DNA from: Octopus sinensis
Taxonomy: Eukaryota
Length of the DNA: 6,039 nt
Assembly: GCF_006345805.1 (NCBI RefSeq)
Contig: NW_021829483.1
Coordinates: 1 to 6,039, forward strand
Direction: 5' to 3'
Shown: positions 5,732-6,039 of the stretch, one piece after another
How positions within the stretch are numbered: position 1 is the first letter of the stretch
How the letters are laid out: each line of letters opens with the position of its first letter
Translations under genes and position numbers: made by a program
Notes under the pieces: generated by a model
What the model was told of the DNA's origin: nothing
Seen by the model: the letters and a program-made list of their open reading frames with translations, nothing else
The model's database searches: none

Positions 5732-6039
5732 CTTTTACTCTTTTACTTGTTTCAGTCATTTGACTGTGGCTATGCTGGAGCACCGCCTTTAGTCGAGCTA
5801 ATCAACCCCAGGACTTATTCTTTGTAAGCCTAGTACTTATTCTATCGGTCTTTTTTGCCGAACCGCTAGGTTATGTGGACGTAAACACACCAGCATCGGT
5901 TGTCAAGCAATGCTAGGGGGACAAACACAGACACACAAACACACACACGCATATATATATATATACATATATGCGACGGGCTTCTTTCAGTTTCCGTCTA
6001 CCAAATCCACTCACAAGGCTTTGGTCGGCCCGAGGCTAT
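5732..6039 (-). mobile_element. SINE family 'A', running off the window end; internal (TA)/(TG) microsatellite; (GTAAAAGA)n tail at 5732-5746
   Basis: Inverted homolog of 841-988 (~93% identity). The window end matches the start of the head fragment at 2137. Confidence 0.9.

Noticed and set aside
841-5879. Ancient large inverted duplication: the A pair and the C-rich-tailed B pair both centre near 3365
   Set aside because: The sequences between the paired elements are unrelated, the two B copies are highly diverged, and the left A copy has its own TSD. The symmetry is best explained as coincidence.

Overview
Eukaryotic, AT-rich, repeat-saturated non-coding DNA. The SINE families look like those of octopus (coleoid cephalopod); this is my recognition, not a database result. 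No credible host protein-coding gene was found: the ORFs in the track arise from microsatellites, retroposons or unassigned AT-rich sequence. Layout: (1) a degenerate trinucleotide tract (1-600); (2) a nested pile (601-1283) with a tRNA-like SINE head, a decayed restriction-like endonuclease fragment of an R4/Dong-type LINE split by a SINE (8-bp TSD) and an RTE LINE 3' end (10-bp TSD), and a possible Helitron-like fragment; (3) three co-oriented (AAT)n tracts separated by a 463-bp unassigned element and a three-piece SINE chimera (1286-2623); (4) a polarity-switching (TATG)/(CATA)/(TA) microsatellite and a purine tract (2855-3655); (5) AT-rich unique sequence (~3660-4520); (6) a head-to-tail train of six copies of a tRNA-Arg-like SINE, two of which restart at the same internal base (4524-5633); (7) a minus-strand SINE running off the window end. 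The best leads are the fixed-junction SINE train and the two insertions with overlapping TSDs, whose removal restores the LINE reading frame.
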